The notes under the pieces were generated by a model. The model saw only the letters and a list, made by a program, of their open reading frames with translations. It ran no database searches and was not told where the DNA came from. Positions 8,639 through 18,616 of a DNA stretch of 64,000 nucleotides are shown piece after piece (positions within the stretch are counted from its first letter, which is position 1; the number at the start of each line of letters is the position of its first letter). This DNA comes from an uncultured Desulfurococcaceae archaeon. GTDB taxonomy: Archaea > Thermoproteota > Thermoprotei_A > Sulfolobales > Desulfurococcaceae. Both the position numbers and the translations under genes were made by a program. The stretch lies in the NCBI GenBank assembly GCA_964480805.1, contig CAYZRH010000004.1:1749-65748 (forward strand), read 5' to 3'.

Positions 8639-11600
8639 ATGGTTGTGAATAGACCTGCATCTATATTATTACTAATACTCCTACTATTCAACTCGTTTGC
8701 TATAATAACAACACCGTTAACAGCTAGAGCTTCAGCAGTAAATGTTAGCCAAGTAACAGAGTATCATGACATATGGGTATGTGCTCAAGAAGGCTGTATG
8801 CCCAACGCTCCTGGCGATAAAAACCTAACAGCACCCAATGGTGATCTATACGATATAACTCTAGGAAATACTAGTGAACTTATAGTATACTTCAACTTAT
8901 CAGTGCTGTCAGAGGCGGGTATAGACCTAGGTTCAGTATACTTAGCTATTTCACCTGGTTTACCAAAAATAGCATTCTTAACATCAAGAACTAATCCAAA
9001 AACTATATCGTTACTAGTGAATGGATTCTATGACTCTGATCCATACATTAACACAACATTTGTTGAATATGTCTCTATAACTAGAGTGTCAGCAGATTTA
9101 TCAATGGCTAAGATAAAGTTCAAGACATTAAAAGGTATATTTCTCGAAACAGCTGATAGTAGCCCTGGCCCCAACGATAACCCGCCAACTTATGTTGAGG
9201 ATCTATATGGAGTAGGGCTATCCTTTGTAGTTGAGGATATAACGCCAGATAGAGCTGAGAGTGATAACGTATTTACTATGTATGAAGTACCCAATGTTGA
9301 TGCTCAATTACAGTCAACAGACATATCTATAACTGTTACAAATGATGTCATAAAGAAATATCATGATACAATTATTGTAGTTGATTACTCGGTTCTCTTT
9401 GATAAAGTAAATGATTTGCTGAATAGCTATGGACTTGTAGATATTATTGGAACAGTAAACTTAACAAGATCAGATATCTATACTGAAGTATATATGTATA
9501 ATCTATACAACACTAGTGAAAGACACTTACTAGTCTACGGGAACGACCTTGGATGGACTACTGATGGAGGTCCATACTTCTCAACTGTTAGTGCTTACAC
9601 GGATTCCGATGAGAAGATACTGTATGTGGATGCTGATGATTTACTAGATTTCGCTCCTACCGAAATCTCTGCTGAAGAGTACCTTACATCACACTATGGC
9701 TTCTACGTATTTATTAACTTTAGCTATGCCGTACTTAACTGTACATTCTCATTAAATATAACATTTGATCTAGAGGCTGATAGCGCTACAGCTAGTGGTA
9801 CTAAGAAGATCTTGAAGGTTAAGGCTTCTGAGGAAGTTACAGAGATCCCTGATCTATGGGCTGATCCAGCTGAGCTTAATCCTAATGACAACTTAACTAT
9901 CGTGTTACACCATCTACCAGAGGATGCTGATATAACTAAGGTTGTATTGAATAGGAGTGGCTACGTTATTGAGATACCTAAGGATGAACTTACAATAACA
10001 TATCTAGGTGATGGAGACTTTGAAGTGAATCTTACAATACCTGATGGTGAATGGGGCGGTGCTGATACTGAAGTTAAGGTGATAGTTGATACAACACGCT
10101 ATGTTAATGAGCATCCAGACTGTTACGTTGAGTACATAGCTGTTTATCCATACATTATAACCTACATTATAACTAATGAGACAGCTTTCGCTGAAGAGAA
10201 TGCTACTGGCTATAATGCTACATTCATATTTGGTAATAAGACTGCTCCTGGAGACTATGTTATGGTTAAAGGTTTCGGCTTTATAACACCAACTAGTGAA
10301 GGCGAGGAGCTTACAAGTTATGTAAAAGCATTTGTTGACTCAAATAGGATACTAGTACTACATGCTATGGATAAGGGCAACGGATCTATAATTGTGTTGC
10401 TTAAGATGAACTACACAACTGGAGGAGTAGTACCGCCTGGAACCTATACACTAAACATATCTGTTGATCCAGTGCACAACTATGCTACAGCTGGTTTAGA
10501 AGTAGCTATTGAGGACAAGTTGAAGAAGATGTTTATAGACCCCGTACCATTCTATAACGGCACACTATACAAGATCTACCATATCAAACTAACAGATCCA
10601 TTCCAGCTATACTACCCACTAATAGGTAGTGAACCTGGAGACCACTTTGACTGGGCTCATATACCAAGTTGGTTCAACCATTCATTTGAGTTTATAAGCT
10701 TCCCAGATACAAGTGTTGATATAGACTTGCGCAACAAAGACTATAGTATAGACTTCTCATGGCTAACGCTATCGCTAACACATGGATATGGGCTATGGCA
10801 TACTGGTAACGCTCTTGTAGACCAGTACCTACCTTATGGAGACTATACATGGCTTGTTAATGGCGAAGAGCCTAAGGCTATTGATGGTAGGACTATATTC
10901 TATGTACGTATACAGATTGATATAGACTACGACTCGCCAATAACTGATAGAGTTGGCTGCCGTGGACAGAACATTACAATATGTGCTATTGGACTACCGC
11001 CTAATGAGGATGTAAACGTAACCATACAGTATACAGTCTATGCTAATGGTACAAACTACTATAGTATATATCCAGGGTTGACTAGAGAGTATTGGGAAGG
11101 CGAGTTCAATGTAACAATAACTAGTGATGAAAATGGTACTGGCTGTGTAGAATTCAATACAACAGACTACTATCCAACAGACTACGTAACTAATGCTACA
11201 CATGAAGTCGCTATTAAGAAGGGATGGGTTGGTACAAATGTTAAGGAGTACTTATTCTTTGAGTTTAATGCTACAATTACTGGAGTTAGTAATGAGACAG
11301 ACTCATTTGAGTTAAAGACTCATGACACACAGCTAGACTTCTCAATGATATTCCATGTACATATACTATACAACATTACTGTAATAGAGCATGTAACAGT
11401 AACGGTACCACGTGAAAACGCTACAATAACAGTACCAGAAGTACTACTGCCTGGAGACACTGTTACTGTACAAGTGTTCATACACAAGAAGTCGGTCTAC
11501 GACGCCTATGTTGATCCAGCTTCACTACTAGAGATCTCTGATGTAACAATTGATGGATATATGTTCTGGGAGGCATGGGTACGCCTAGTAGACCCATTAA

Positions 11601-14600
11601 CTAATACACCAGTACTAACAGTATATGGAAACTCAACACCAAGTAGTCACCCAGAATGGCTAATAGCAGAAGATGTTGATGGTGATGGCGAGCTAGAGGT
11701 ATGGTGGGCTATACCAGTAGATACTTCACCACTAGGGCTTGTAGGCGTTGATAAAACTTATCGTGTTGATGTAAGGATTAGATGGAGGTTTGCCAACTAT
11801 TCATTAACACCAGAGATTAATGTTAGTGATGAACTATGCCATATCTATATGAACTACACTAGCTTTATACCATTCAATGTATCAGAGACATACTGGTACA
11901 TAGGCGGCGACCACCAGCTTGTAACAATACTTGGTATACTAGAGTGGAAACTTGACAAGATAATTAACGATACTGTATGGCTTAAAGCTAAAGTTAATGA
12001 TACTTACAACTACCTAACAATCAATATAACACAGTTCCTAGAATACATCAACAACACCGTTGTAGAGATACGTGGAGATGTAGCCATTATAAAGGCTGAT
12101 GTAGCTATCATTAAAGCCAATGTATCAACACTAATAGATCTTGCTAGAGAAGCACATGTAAAGCTAGACCTCATACTAGGTAATCTAACAGTTATAGAGT
12201 ATAAGATCGAGAATGTCAATGAGACCATACACCTAAGGCTAGATGAGATTAATGCAACTCTAGAAGAGATTCTATGGTGGCTACAGGATATCAAGTATGA
12301 ACTAGAAGCATACTATGCAGAACTTGAGTGGAAGCTTGACGAGATCAATGAGACACTACATGTTATGAATGATACCTTACTCTGGAAGCTAGACGCTATT
12401 AACGAGAGCATTACGCTACGCATTATTATGGCTAAAGAACAGCTTGAAGAACTTATAAAGGCTGTTAATGAAACCATATTCCGTAGACTTGATAGATTAG
12501 AAGGATCTATTGAAGCATATATTGATGATAAGGTAGTCTATATTGAAGGATTACTGCATGAGGTAGTACATAATATTACAACAAATGTAACAATAGAGAT
12601 ACACAATGCTAGAGACGAGGTAATTACTAAACTAGAAGACATACTAACTAACCTAACAATACAGTTAACAACGCTAAAGAACGATCTAAACGCTAGCATA
12701 ACCTATTACGGAGACACACTCATAGCTAAGATAGAATCAACTAATACATCACTACACCTAGTTATTAGAGAATGTTGTATGAACCTCACCAACCTGATAA
12801 AAGCTGTTAACACAACAATCCTAGACAGACTAGACGATATGGAGAGCAGTCTAGAAGCCTATATAGACATGAAAGCGTACGAACTAGAGATCTGTATAAC
12901 AGATGCAGCTAACGATGTTAAAGAGAACATAACTATAGAGATTGGTGAAGCTAAAGACGATATCCTTAAAGCTATTGAGGACATGTTGACACGTATAACA
13001 AGTAGACTAGACATGCTTGAAGAACACATAAACGCTAGTATAGAGATTGCTAAAGATGAGACAATACTATTCATAAATGATAGCAAGAACGCTATAATAG
13101 CACGTATAGACAGCTGTTGTACAGAACTTAAAGACCTTATCATAACAAAGGCAAGCGATATCCTGGCTAGACTAGATGTATTAGAAGCTAATGTTGTTGC
13201 TAACATAACTGCTGCTAAGAACGATCTAGATATATTGATTAGAACTGTTAACTCAACACTATATGCTAAGATAGAGGATGAAGCAGACCGTATAGTAGGT
13301 ATACTAAACAATGTCTACACCAGCCTATCAGACAAGCTAGACAATGTCAACGCCAGCATATCAGCTCTAATAACATACTATGGAGACATGCTAGAGCTTA
13401 AACTAGACTACATCAACACTACACTACATGGGGTTAACGCTACACTGTACTTCAAGATAGAGTCTGCTACAGCCAGTATACTAAACGCTATAAACAACAT
13501 GCATACAGACCTATTGAATAAGCTGTATGAACTAGGCAATAACCTAACAGTACTCATAAACGATAGATCGGCTGAGATAAAGGTGCTTGTAGAGAACAAG
13601 GCTTCAGAAATAGTGTCTAACCTGTCACTAAAGATTGATGATGCGTCAAACAATATAATTAGTGAACTCAAGGCATTCGTATCAGCAAAGATCTCTGAAG
13701 TAATTGGAAATATAACGGATCTAAAGGAGAATGTATCAATAACCATCAAGGCCTACGCAGATATGTTTGAAGCTAAACTAGACAGTATTAACAGCACCAT
13801 ACACGTTAAATTAGATAACTACTACACAGCATTAAGAGACCTCTTAATAGCTATAAACACCAGCATCTTTAACAGACTTGATGAGCTTGAAACTGACTTA
13901 ACACTACTTGTTAACGAGAAGACAGCTTATCTTGAAGGAGTAATATATAATGTAAGAGACGAGATACTAACTAACTTAACCATAGAGATACATGATGCTA
14001 GAGAAGACATAGTATCAGAGCTAACAAGCTATGCTACACAGATCCTTAACAGAATAGACCTTGCTGAATCTAATGTTGTTGCTAACATAACATCCTATGG
14101 TGATAGAATAGTAGCTGATATAGCTTCAGCTAATGCTACCATACACTTAAAGATTGAAGAGTGTTGTACAGAGCTCAAGGACCTTATAACAACAAAGGCT
14201 AGTGATATACTAACTAGAATAGCTGAGCTACAGGACAATGTAACAATAACTATTAAGACTTATGCTGACATGTTTGAAGCTAAGATTGATAGTGTTAACA
14301 GTACAATACATCTAAAGCTTGACAACTACTATAGTGCACTAATGAGCTTCCTAACATCTATGAATGCAAGCTTGTTCAGTAGACTTGATGAACTAGAAAC
14401 CGATCTAACGCTACTCATTAATGAGAAGACAGCATATCTTGAAGGAGTAATATATAATGTAAGAGACGAGATACTAACTAATGTAACAATAGAGTTAACT
14501 AATGCTAAGGAGGAGATACTAGCAGCACTAGAGGCATCAACACTAGCTATACTAGCTAGACTTGACGAGCTTGAATCTAATGTTATAGCTAACATAACAT

Positions 14601-15658
14601 ACTATGCTGGAGTACTAGAAGCAGATATTATAAGCACTAATATATCACTACATGCTAAACTAGATGCGTACTATGTATCACTTGTAGACCTACTACTAGC
14701 TATTAATGAGAGCATATTCAGCAGACTTGATGAACTAGAAGGCAACCTAGTGGCATTTATTGAATACGAGACTTCAAGACTAGAGGGAGACCTATACGAT
14801 GTTGAAGACAACATAATCTATGAATTAACAATAGAGATTGATAATGCTCGTGAAGAACTATCATCACTAATAACCACTGAGAGTATGGCTATACAGTCAC
14901 TCATTACACTAAAAGCTGATGAGCTAAAGGCGTTTGTGAATGAGAGTAGATTAGAGATTCTAGCATCAATCAATGATGCTAAATTAACAATCTTAACTAG
15001 ACTAGACCATCTAGAAATAGTACTTAACGACACCCGTGCAACGATAATGACAGAGCTATTTAGTATAGAGACAACGCTAGACAACATAATAGACTTAATC
15101 AACACAGCAGCTGATGAACTAGGTGTTAAAGTTGACAGCTTATCAGAATTTGTTGGAGACGTTAACGAGTCAATATATGGACTAGTACTAACTGTTGGTG
15201 ACAACATCAAGGTAACAATTACTGGTAAAGCGGATGATATAATGAACCTTGTAAGTAGCTCAAGCGATGAACTAAAGAGTCTTATTGGCGAGAAAGCAAG
15301 CGATCTAGAATCACTTGTTGGAGATAAGTTTAGTGACTTATCAGATCTAGTAACTAGCAAGACTGATGAACTAAGTTCAGCCCTAGACACTGCTAAGAGC
15401 GATCTAGAGACATTAATAACAGATAAGTTTAGTGAGCTATCAGGTAAACTAGATGATACAAAGACTGCTTTAAGTAGTGATATATCAAGTGCACAGACAA
15501 GTCTAAGCAGTAGATTAGATGAGAAATCAGACGACGTATCACAGAAAGTAGACTCTGTAGACAGTAAGTTAGTAACCTACAGCCTTGTAACACTAATACT
15601 ACTAGTCGTTGTCATTGGACTAGTAGGATATAGTGTAATAGCATTTAGAAGAGGCTAA
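8639..15658 (+). CDS. giant (2339 aa) N-glycosylated surface protein: signal peptide, beta-rich head, ~1200-aa coiled-coil stalk, C-terminal TM anchor (tetrabrachion-like architecture)
   Basis: N-terminal signal-like MVVNRPASILLLILLLFNSFAIITTPLTARA. Dozens of N-x-S/T sequons. From about nt 11940 the sequence is a continuous heptad-like helical repeat (LEWKLDKIINDT..., RLDELETDLTLL...). C-terminal hydrophobic anchor LVTYSLVTLILLVVVIGLVGYSVIAF followed by RRG. Confidence 0.85.
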   Translation: MVVNRPASILLLILLLFNSFAIITTPLTARASAVNVSQVTEYHDIWVCAQEGCMPNAPGDKNLTAPNGDLYDITLGNTSELIVYFNLSVLSEAGIDLGSVYLAISPGLPKIAFLTSRTNPKTISLLVNGFYDSDPYINTTFVEYVSITRVSADLSMAKIKFKTLKGIFLETADSSPGPNDNPPTYVEDLYGVGLSFVVEDITPDRAESDNVFTMYEVPNVDAQLQSTDISITVTNDVIKKYHDTIIVVDYSVLFDKVNDLLNSYGLVDIIGTVNLTRSDIYTEVYMYNLYNTSERHLLVYGNDLGWTTDGGPYFSTVSAYTDSDEKILYVDADDLLDFAPTEISAEEYLTSHYGFYVFINFSYAVLNCTFSLNITFDLEADSATASGTKKILKVKASEEVTEIPDLWADPAELNPNDNLTIVLHHLPEDADITKVVLNRSGYVIEIPKDELTITYLGDGDFEVNLTIPDGEWGGADTEVKVIVDTTRYVNEHPDCYVEYIAVYPYIITYIITNETAFAEENATGYNATFIFGNKTAPGDYVMVKGFGFITPTSEGEELTSYVKAFVDSNRILVLHAMDKGNGSIIVLLKMNYTTGGVVPPGTYTLNISVDPVHNYATAGLEVAIEDKLKKMFIDPVPFYNGTLYKIYHIKLTDPFQLYYPLIGSEPGDHFDWAHIPSWFNHSFEFISFPDTSVDIDLRNKDYSIDFSWLTLSLTHGYGLWHTGNALVDQYLPYGDYTWLVNGEEPKAIDGRTIFYVRIQIDIDYDSPITDRVGCRGQNITICAIGLPPNEDVNVTIQYTVYANGTNYYSIYPGLTREYWEGEFNVTITSDENGTGCVEFNTTDYYPTDYVTNATHEVAIKKGWVGTNVKEYLFFEFNATITGVSNETDSFELKTHDTQLDFSMIFHVHILYNITVIEHVTVTVPRENATITVPEVLLPGDTVTVQVFIHKKSVYDAYVDPASLLEISDVTIDGYMFWEAWVRLVDPLTNTPVLTVYGNSTPSSHPEWLIAEDVDGDGELEVWWAIPVDTSPLGLVGVDKTYRVDVRIRWRFANYSLTPEINVSDELCHIYMNYTSFIPFNVSETYWYIGGDHQLVTILGILEWKLDKIINDTVWLKAKVNDTYNYLTINITQFLEYINNTVVEIRGDVAIIKADVAIIKANVSTLIDLAREAHVKLDLILGNLTVIEYKIENVNETIHLRLDEINATLEEILWWLQDIKYELEAYYAELEWKLDEINETLHVMNDTLLWKLDAINESITLRIIMAKEQLEELIKAVNETIFRRLDRLEGSIEAYIDDKVVYIEGLLHEVVHNITTNVTIEIHNARDEVITKLEDILTNLTIQLTTLKNDLNASITYYGDTLIAKIESTNTSLHLVIRECCMNLTNLIKAVNTTILDRLDDMESSLEAYIDMKAYELEICITDAANDVKENITIEIGEAKDDILKAIEDMLTRITSRLDMLEEHINASIEIAKDETILFINDSKNAIIARIDSCCTELKDLIITKASDILARLDVLEANVVANITAAKNDLDILIRTVNSTLYAKIEDEADRIVGILNNVYTSLSDKLDNVNASISALITYYGDMLELKLDYINTTLHGVNATLYFKIESATASILNAINNMHTDLLNKLYELGNNLTVLINDRSAEIKVLVENKASEIVSNLSLKIDDASNNIISELKAFVSAKISEVIGNITDLKENVSITIKAYADMFEAKLDSINSTIHVKLDNYYTALRDLLIAINTSIFNRLDELETDLTLLVNEKTAYLEGVIYNVRDEILTNLTIEIHDAREDIVSELTSYATQILNRIDLAESNVVANITSYGDRIVADIASANATIHLKIEECCTELKDLITTKASDILTRIAELQDNVTITIKTYADMFEAKIDSVNSTIHLKLDNYYSALMSFLTSMNASLFSRLDELETDLTLLINEKTAYLEGVIYNVRDEILTNVTIELTNAKEEILAALEASTLAILARLDELESNVIANITYYAGVLEADIISTNISLHAKLDAYYVSLVDLLLAINESIFSRLDELEGNLVAFIEYETSRLEGDLYDVEDNIIYELTIEIDNAREELSSLITTESMAIQSLITLKADELKAFVNESRLEILASINDAKLTILTRLDHLEIVLNDTRATIMTELFSIETTLDNIIDLINTAADELGVKVDSLSEFVGDVNESIYGLVLTVGDNIKVTITGKADDIMNLVSSSSDELKSLIGEKASDLESLVGDKFSDLSDLVTSKTDELSSALDTAKSDLETLITDKFSELSGKLDDTKTALSSDISSAQTSLSSRLDEKSDDVSQKVDSVDSKLVTYSLVTLILLVVVIGLVGYSVIAFRRG
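13741..14754 (+). repeat. two tandem ~507-nt (169-codon) units inside the stalk-coding region; older degenerate copies extend upstream to ~12300
   Basis: TIKAYADMFEAKLDSINSTIHVKLDNYY...EKTAYLEGVIYNVRDEILTNLTIE (from 13741) matches TIKTYADMFEAKIDSVNSTIHLKLDNYY...EKTAYLEGVIYNVRDEILTNVTIE (from ~14248). An identical 47-nt run tatcttgaaggagtaatatataatgtaagagacgagatactaactaa occurs at 13928 and 14435. Confidence 0.85.
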
Positions 15659-15691
15659 AGAATTTTATATAAGAGGGTATTAAACCAAACC

Positions 15692-15697
15692 TTTTTT
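15692..15697 (+). terminator. oligo-T tract downstream of the giant gene (candidate archaeal terminator)
   Basis: TTTTTT lies 34 nt after the stop at 15658. A second TTTTTT is at 15743-15748. Confidence 0.3.
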
Positions 15698-15792
15698 AAT
15701 TCCTTCTCTTCATCAATATGGTTAGCTAGTGTGGTTTAAAACTTTTTTAATAAACAACCTTATTTAAGCACGTTCTCTAGTAAATAGGGAGG

Positions 15793-16197
15793 TTGTTGAA
15801 GGCTGTATCAAGCTATCTATCGCTAGTGGTAGCACTACTGGTTATAACAATGGTTTCAACAGCATCTATTATAGCTATTAATAGTATGGAGCGTACTATT
15901 CAGAAGTCTATAAAGGATGTTGGTAGAGAGGCTATTGTATATAGGAGGGTATGTCTTAAGAATAGTTCTATAGTAGTTATAAAGTTGTTAGAAAATACTA
16001 TAATTCAAGACATAGTTGTTGTTGATCAAGTTAATAACAGTTTATCTAGACTAAGTAGTAGAGACCTATCTATAAATACTTCATGTAGATTCCTTGATAG
16101 AGAACTACAGTGTAGTGTAGGGGATCTAGTGGTTATTATAGTGCCTAGAGACTACAGAGTTTTACTAATAACTAATAGAGGTGTCTATATTGTCTAG
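15793..16197 (+). CDS. small N-terminally anchored secreted/membrane protein (possible pilin-like class III signal)
   Basis: 134-aa ORF, TTG start after GGGAGG. N-terminus MLKAVSSYLSLVVALLVITMVSTASIIAI (short charged n-region, K-A, then a ~22-aa hydrophobic helix). Overlaps the next gene by 17 nt. Confidence 0.55.
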   Translation: MLKAVSSYLSLVVALLVITMVSTASIIAINSMERTIQKSIKDVGREAIVYRRVCLKNSSIVVIKLLENTIIQDIVVVDQVNNSLSRLSSRDLSINTSCRFLDRELQCSVGDLVVIIVPRDYRVLLITNRGVYIV

Positions 16198-18307
16198 AGC
16201 ATTAACAAGTTATCCACTAGCAATTACAGCTATAGTATCTATCATAGCTGTACTAACGGTCTCTCTAACAATACTAGATACAATGTTTAGAGTATCTAGA
16301 GAAGTAGTTAGTATTAAGGGTAACTCCTTTATAGAAGACATAGACTACACGATATATAAGGAGGATCTCTACATACTATCTAGCTCTAATAAAATATACT
16401 ATGAGATAATACTCTATCCAAACAATACAATAGAGACTATAGCTCTAAACACAACACCCTACTCTAAAGGCTTTCTCCACGGACCGGTTAAGATACCATG
16501 TAACCCTAGTGCATCTATAGCTGTAGTTGATGGAGAGAGTTTGGAAGTCGTTGATGTAATAGAGACTATGGATATAGCAAGTAACCTAGTATATAGTAGC
16601 AATAGTGTGAAACCACCAAGTCTATACATGAATATTTTAGAAAATAATCTAGAAACAATAGACCAGTTTGTTAAAGGTTCATACGTGTTTCAAGAGTATA
16701 GACCATTTAAAGACAATGTATTTACAACTTATTTAGAACCTGGAACTAGCTATCTAATAGACTTTAACGGTGTCATCTATAGAGATGGATATGTAAAACC
16801 TATACCCTTACTAAATGATACAATAGAGATTAACTATGAAATGTTTAGTGAGAATGTTAGTAGAATACTTAGTAATGGTTCAAGGGTTTATGGTAGATAC
16901 AGTGTTCTATACAACATATCTCTAAACACACGATTAGTTGACAACAAGACTATAGGCTTTGAAAGCTTTAGTGATACAGGGTGGGCTATACCAGGTACAT
17001 TATATAGAGTTGTTGAGGAACACACTATATACAATGGTTTAGTACAACACTATGGATTATACTCCCTACTATATGATCTAAACCATACAATAGACTATAT
17101 ACTCATACACGGTTTTAAAACAGGGAAGCTATATTGTGTACCCTTAAACGTGACATATAGTATAGAGTTACTTAATCAAACAAGTGTTATAGAAGTAGAG
17201 AACTGGACTATAGAGATAAACTCTTCACTAATACCCACCTTCCCTCTATACAGGGAGAGATTGAACAAGTCTATAGATGCTATACTATCCACTGGTAATG
17301 AAGCAATCCTGAAACTAGAGGTCACATACGACATACCCATACCTTATGTAAGTGATATATTTTACATAAACATTTCAGCACACATAAATGATCCTTTAAA
17401 AGAAGGCTCTGTAGAGATGATATATGGTGGGCTAGTAAGGCTTAAACTAGATAATAGTAGTCTAATAGATTATAGATTATACTCTAATAGTAGTATCATA
17501 GTGAATTCTACAATAGAATACCCTAGTCCTAACTATACACTATCTATAATAATAAGTGGTTCTAGTAGACAAGACCTCCTATATAATGGTTCTATATTAT
17601 TAGATGTTCTAGGAATGGGTGATATTAATAGAGTAGAGTATATGTCTCCTGATATAATTCTAGAACCTGAGCCATTTCTAGTTATAAACAGTATTATAAG
17701 TGTTAATGGATATAGTATAGTATATGGCAACATATCAGATAATACTATATGGATATACTCTGAAGACTCTAGAGTGTATATAAACTATACAATACCACCA
17801 GCTATACGTCTTAACAATACATACATCTCTGTAGATGATGTAGCCTATATTCTTAGTGATATAGCTAGTAACATTAGTACTGTAGTTGTTGGAGACAAGG
17901 TATTCCACGGATCTAGCGTCTATGTACAGAACATGTATTGTTTAGAAGAAACTGTTTTTAGAGAACCAGTTCTAGTGGTTGAAACAAGTGTTCCTATAGA
18001 AGTGGTTGTAGAACATATAGATGGCTCTATAGTTGAAAGTGTTTTCTATAGAAGTGGTTCTCTAGAGTTAGAGGATAAACTAGTTTCTAGAATAAGTGTT
18101 TATTTAGTAAATAATGTTTCAATAATCTACCGTAGTTGTAGAGTAGGGAAGTTCTTCATATACTATAATGGTGGGTTAGAGGTAGGTGTTTTAGATAATA
18201 GTATAGTGTATGTTATGGGTTATCCAGTAGCTAGGATAGTTTTTAAAGACATAGAGGTTTATACCATACTTTCACCCATCTCTCTCCTACTTAAAAACCC
18301 TCCATGA
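16181..18307 (+). CDS. large N-terminally anchored, sequon-rich extracellular protein
   Basis: 708-aa ORF. N-terminus MSILSRALTSYPLAITAIVSIIAVLTVSLTIL shares the (K/R)-A-x-(S/T)-S-Y-x-L motif with the upstream 134-aa protein. Many N-x-S/T sites. No family recognised. Confidence 0.6.
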   Translation: MSILSRALTSYPLAITAIVSIIAVLTVSLTILDTMFRVSREVVSIKGNSFIEDIDYTIYKEDLYILSSSNKIYYEIILYPNNTIETIALNTTPYSKGFLHGPVKIPCNPSASIAVVDGESLEVVDVIETMDIASNLVYSSNSVKPPSLYMNILENNLETIDQFVKGSYVFQEYRPFKDNVFTTYLEPGTSYLIDFNGVIYRDGYVKPIPLLNDTIEINYEMFSENVSRILSNGSRVYGRYSVLYNISLNTRLVDNKTIGFESFSDTGWAIPGTLYRVVEEHTIYNGLVQHYGLYSLLYDLNHTIDYILIHGFKTGKLYCVPLNVTYSIELLNQTSVIEVENWTIEINSSLIPTFPLYRERLNKSIDAILSTGNEAILKLEVTYDIPIPYVSDIFYINISAHINDPLKEGSVEMIYGGLVRLKLDNSSLIDYRLYSNSSIIVNSTIEYPSPNYTLSIIISGSSRQDLLYNGSILLDVLGMGDINRVEYMSPDIILEPEPFLVINSIISVNGYSIVYGNISDNTIWIYSEDSRVYINYTIPPAIRLNNTYISVDDVAYILSDIASNISTVVVGDKVFHGSSVYVQNMYCLEETVFREPVLVVETSVPIEVVVEHIDGSIVESVFYRSGSLELEDKLVSRISVYLVNNVSIIYRSCRVGKFFIYYNGGLEVGVLDNSIVYVMGYPVARIVFKDIEVYTILSPISLLLKNPP

Positions 18308-18322
18308 TAACGGGTGTAGTCT

Positions 18323-18589
18323 GTGACTGATGTAGTAGAGTTTATTCAACAAATAATACTTGATGTAACGATAATAGCGTGGGTAATGTTCTTCCTAACA
18401 TGGGTTATAGGGTGGGCTCTAAAAGGCTCACCAATACCATTCCTTAGGGTAAAGCGTGCAGGACAGAGGTTTATAGAGGATGCTGTATGGGCTGCATTCT
18501 GGCTTGCTATGGGTAGTACAGTGTTTGCTTTAATAGCCTATATTGCTACACAATTCCAGCAACCATTCCCTGAACCACCAACGATCTAG
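18323..18589 (+). CDS. 88-aa two-helix hairpin membrane protein; candidate VirB2/CedA1-type (conjugative-type) pilin
   Basis: Helix 1 IILDVTIIAWVMFFLTWVIGWAL, basic loop KGSPIPFLRVKRAGQRF, helix 2 AVWAAFWLAMGSTVFALIAYIATQF. Sits directly upstream of the polytopic protein. Size and topology match VirB2-like pilins. Confidence 0.55.
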   Translation: MTDVVEFIQQIILDVTIIAWVMFFLTWVIGWALKGSPIPFLRVKRAGQRFIEDAVWAAFWLAMGSTVFALIAYIATQFQQPFPEPPTI

Positions 18590-18616
18590 GGCTAGCCGGA
18601 GGGCTGTGGTGATGTT

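Noticed and set aside
12010-15390. Six minus-strand ORFs of 88-190 aa (12010-12294, 12859-13311, 13408-13749, 14329-14595, 14818-15390 and the smaller 10994-11203) lying inside the giant gene.
   Set aside because: All are antisense to a strongly supported 7-kb CDS. They are Ser/Ile/Leu-rich low-complexity translations, as expected from the reverse complement of a repetitive coiled-coil-coding sequence that is poor in antisense stop codons. No independent signals were seen.
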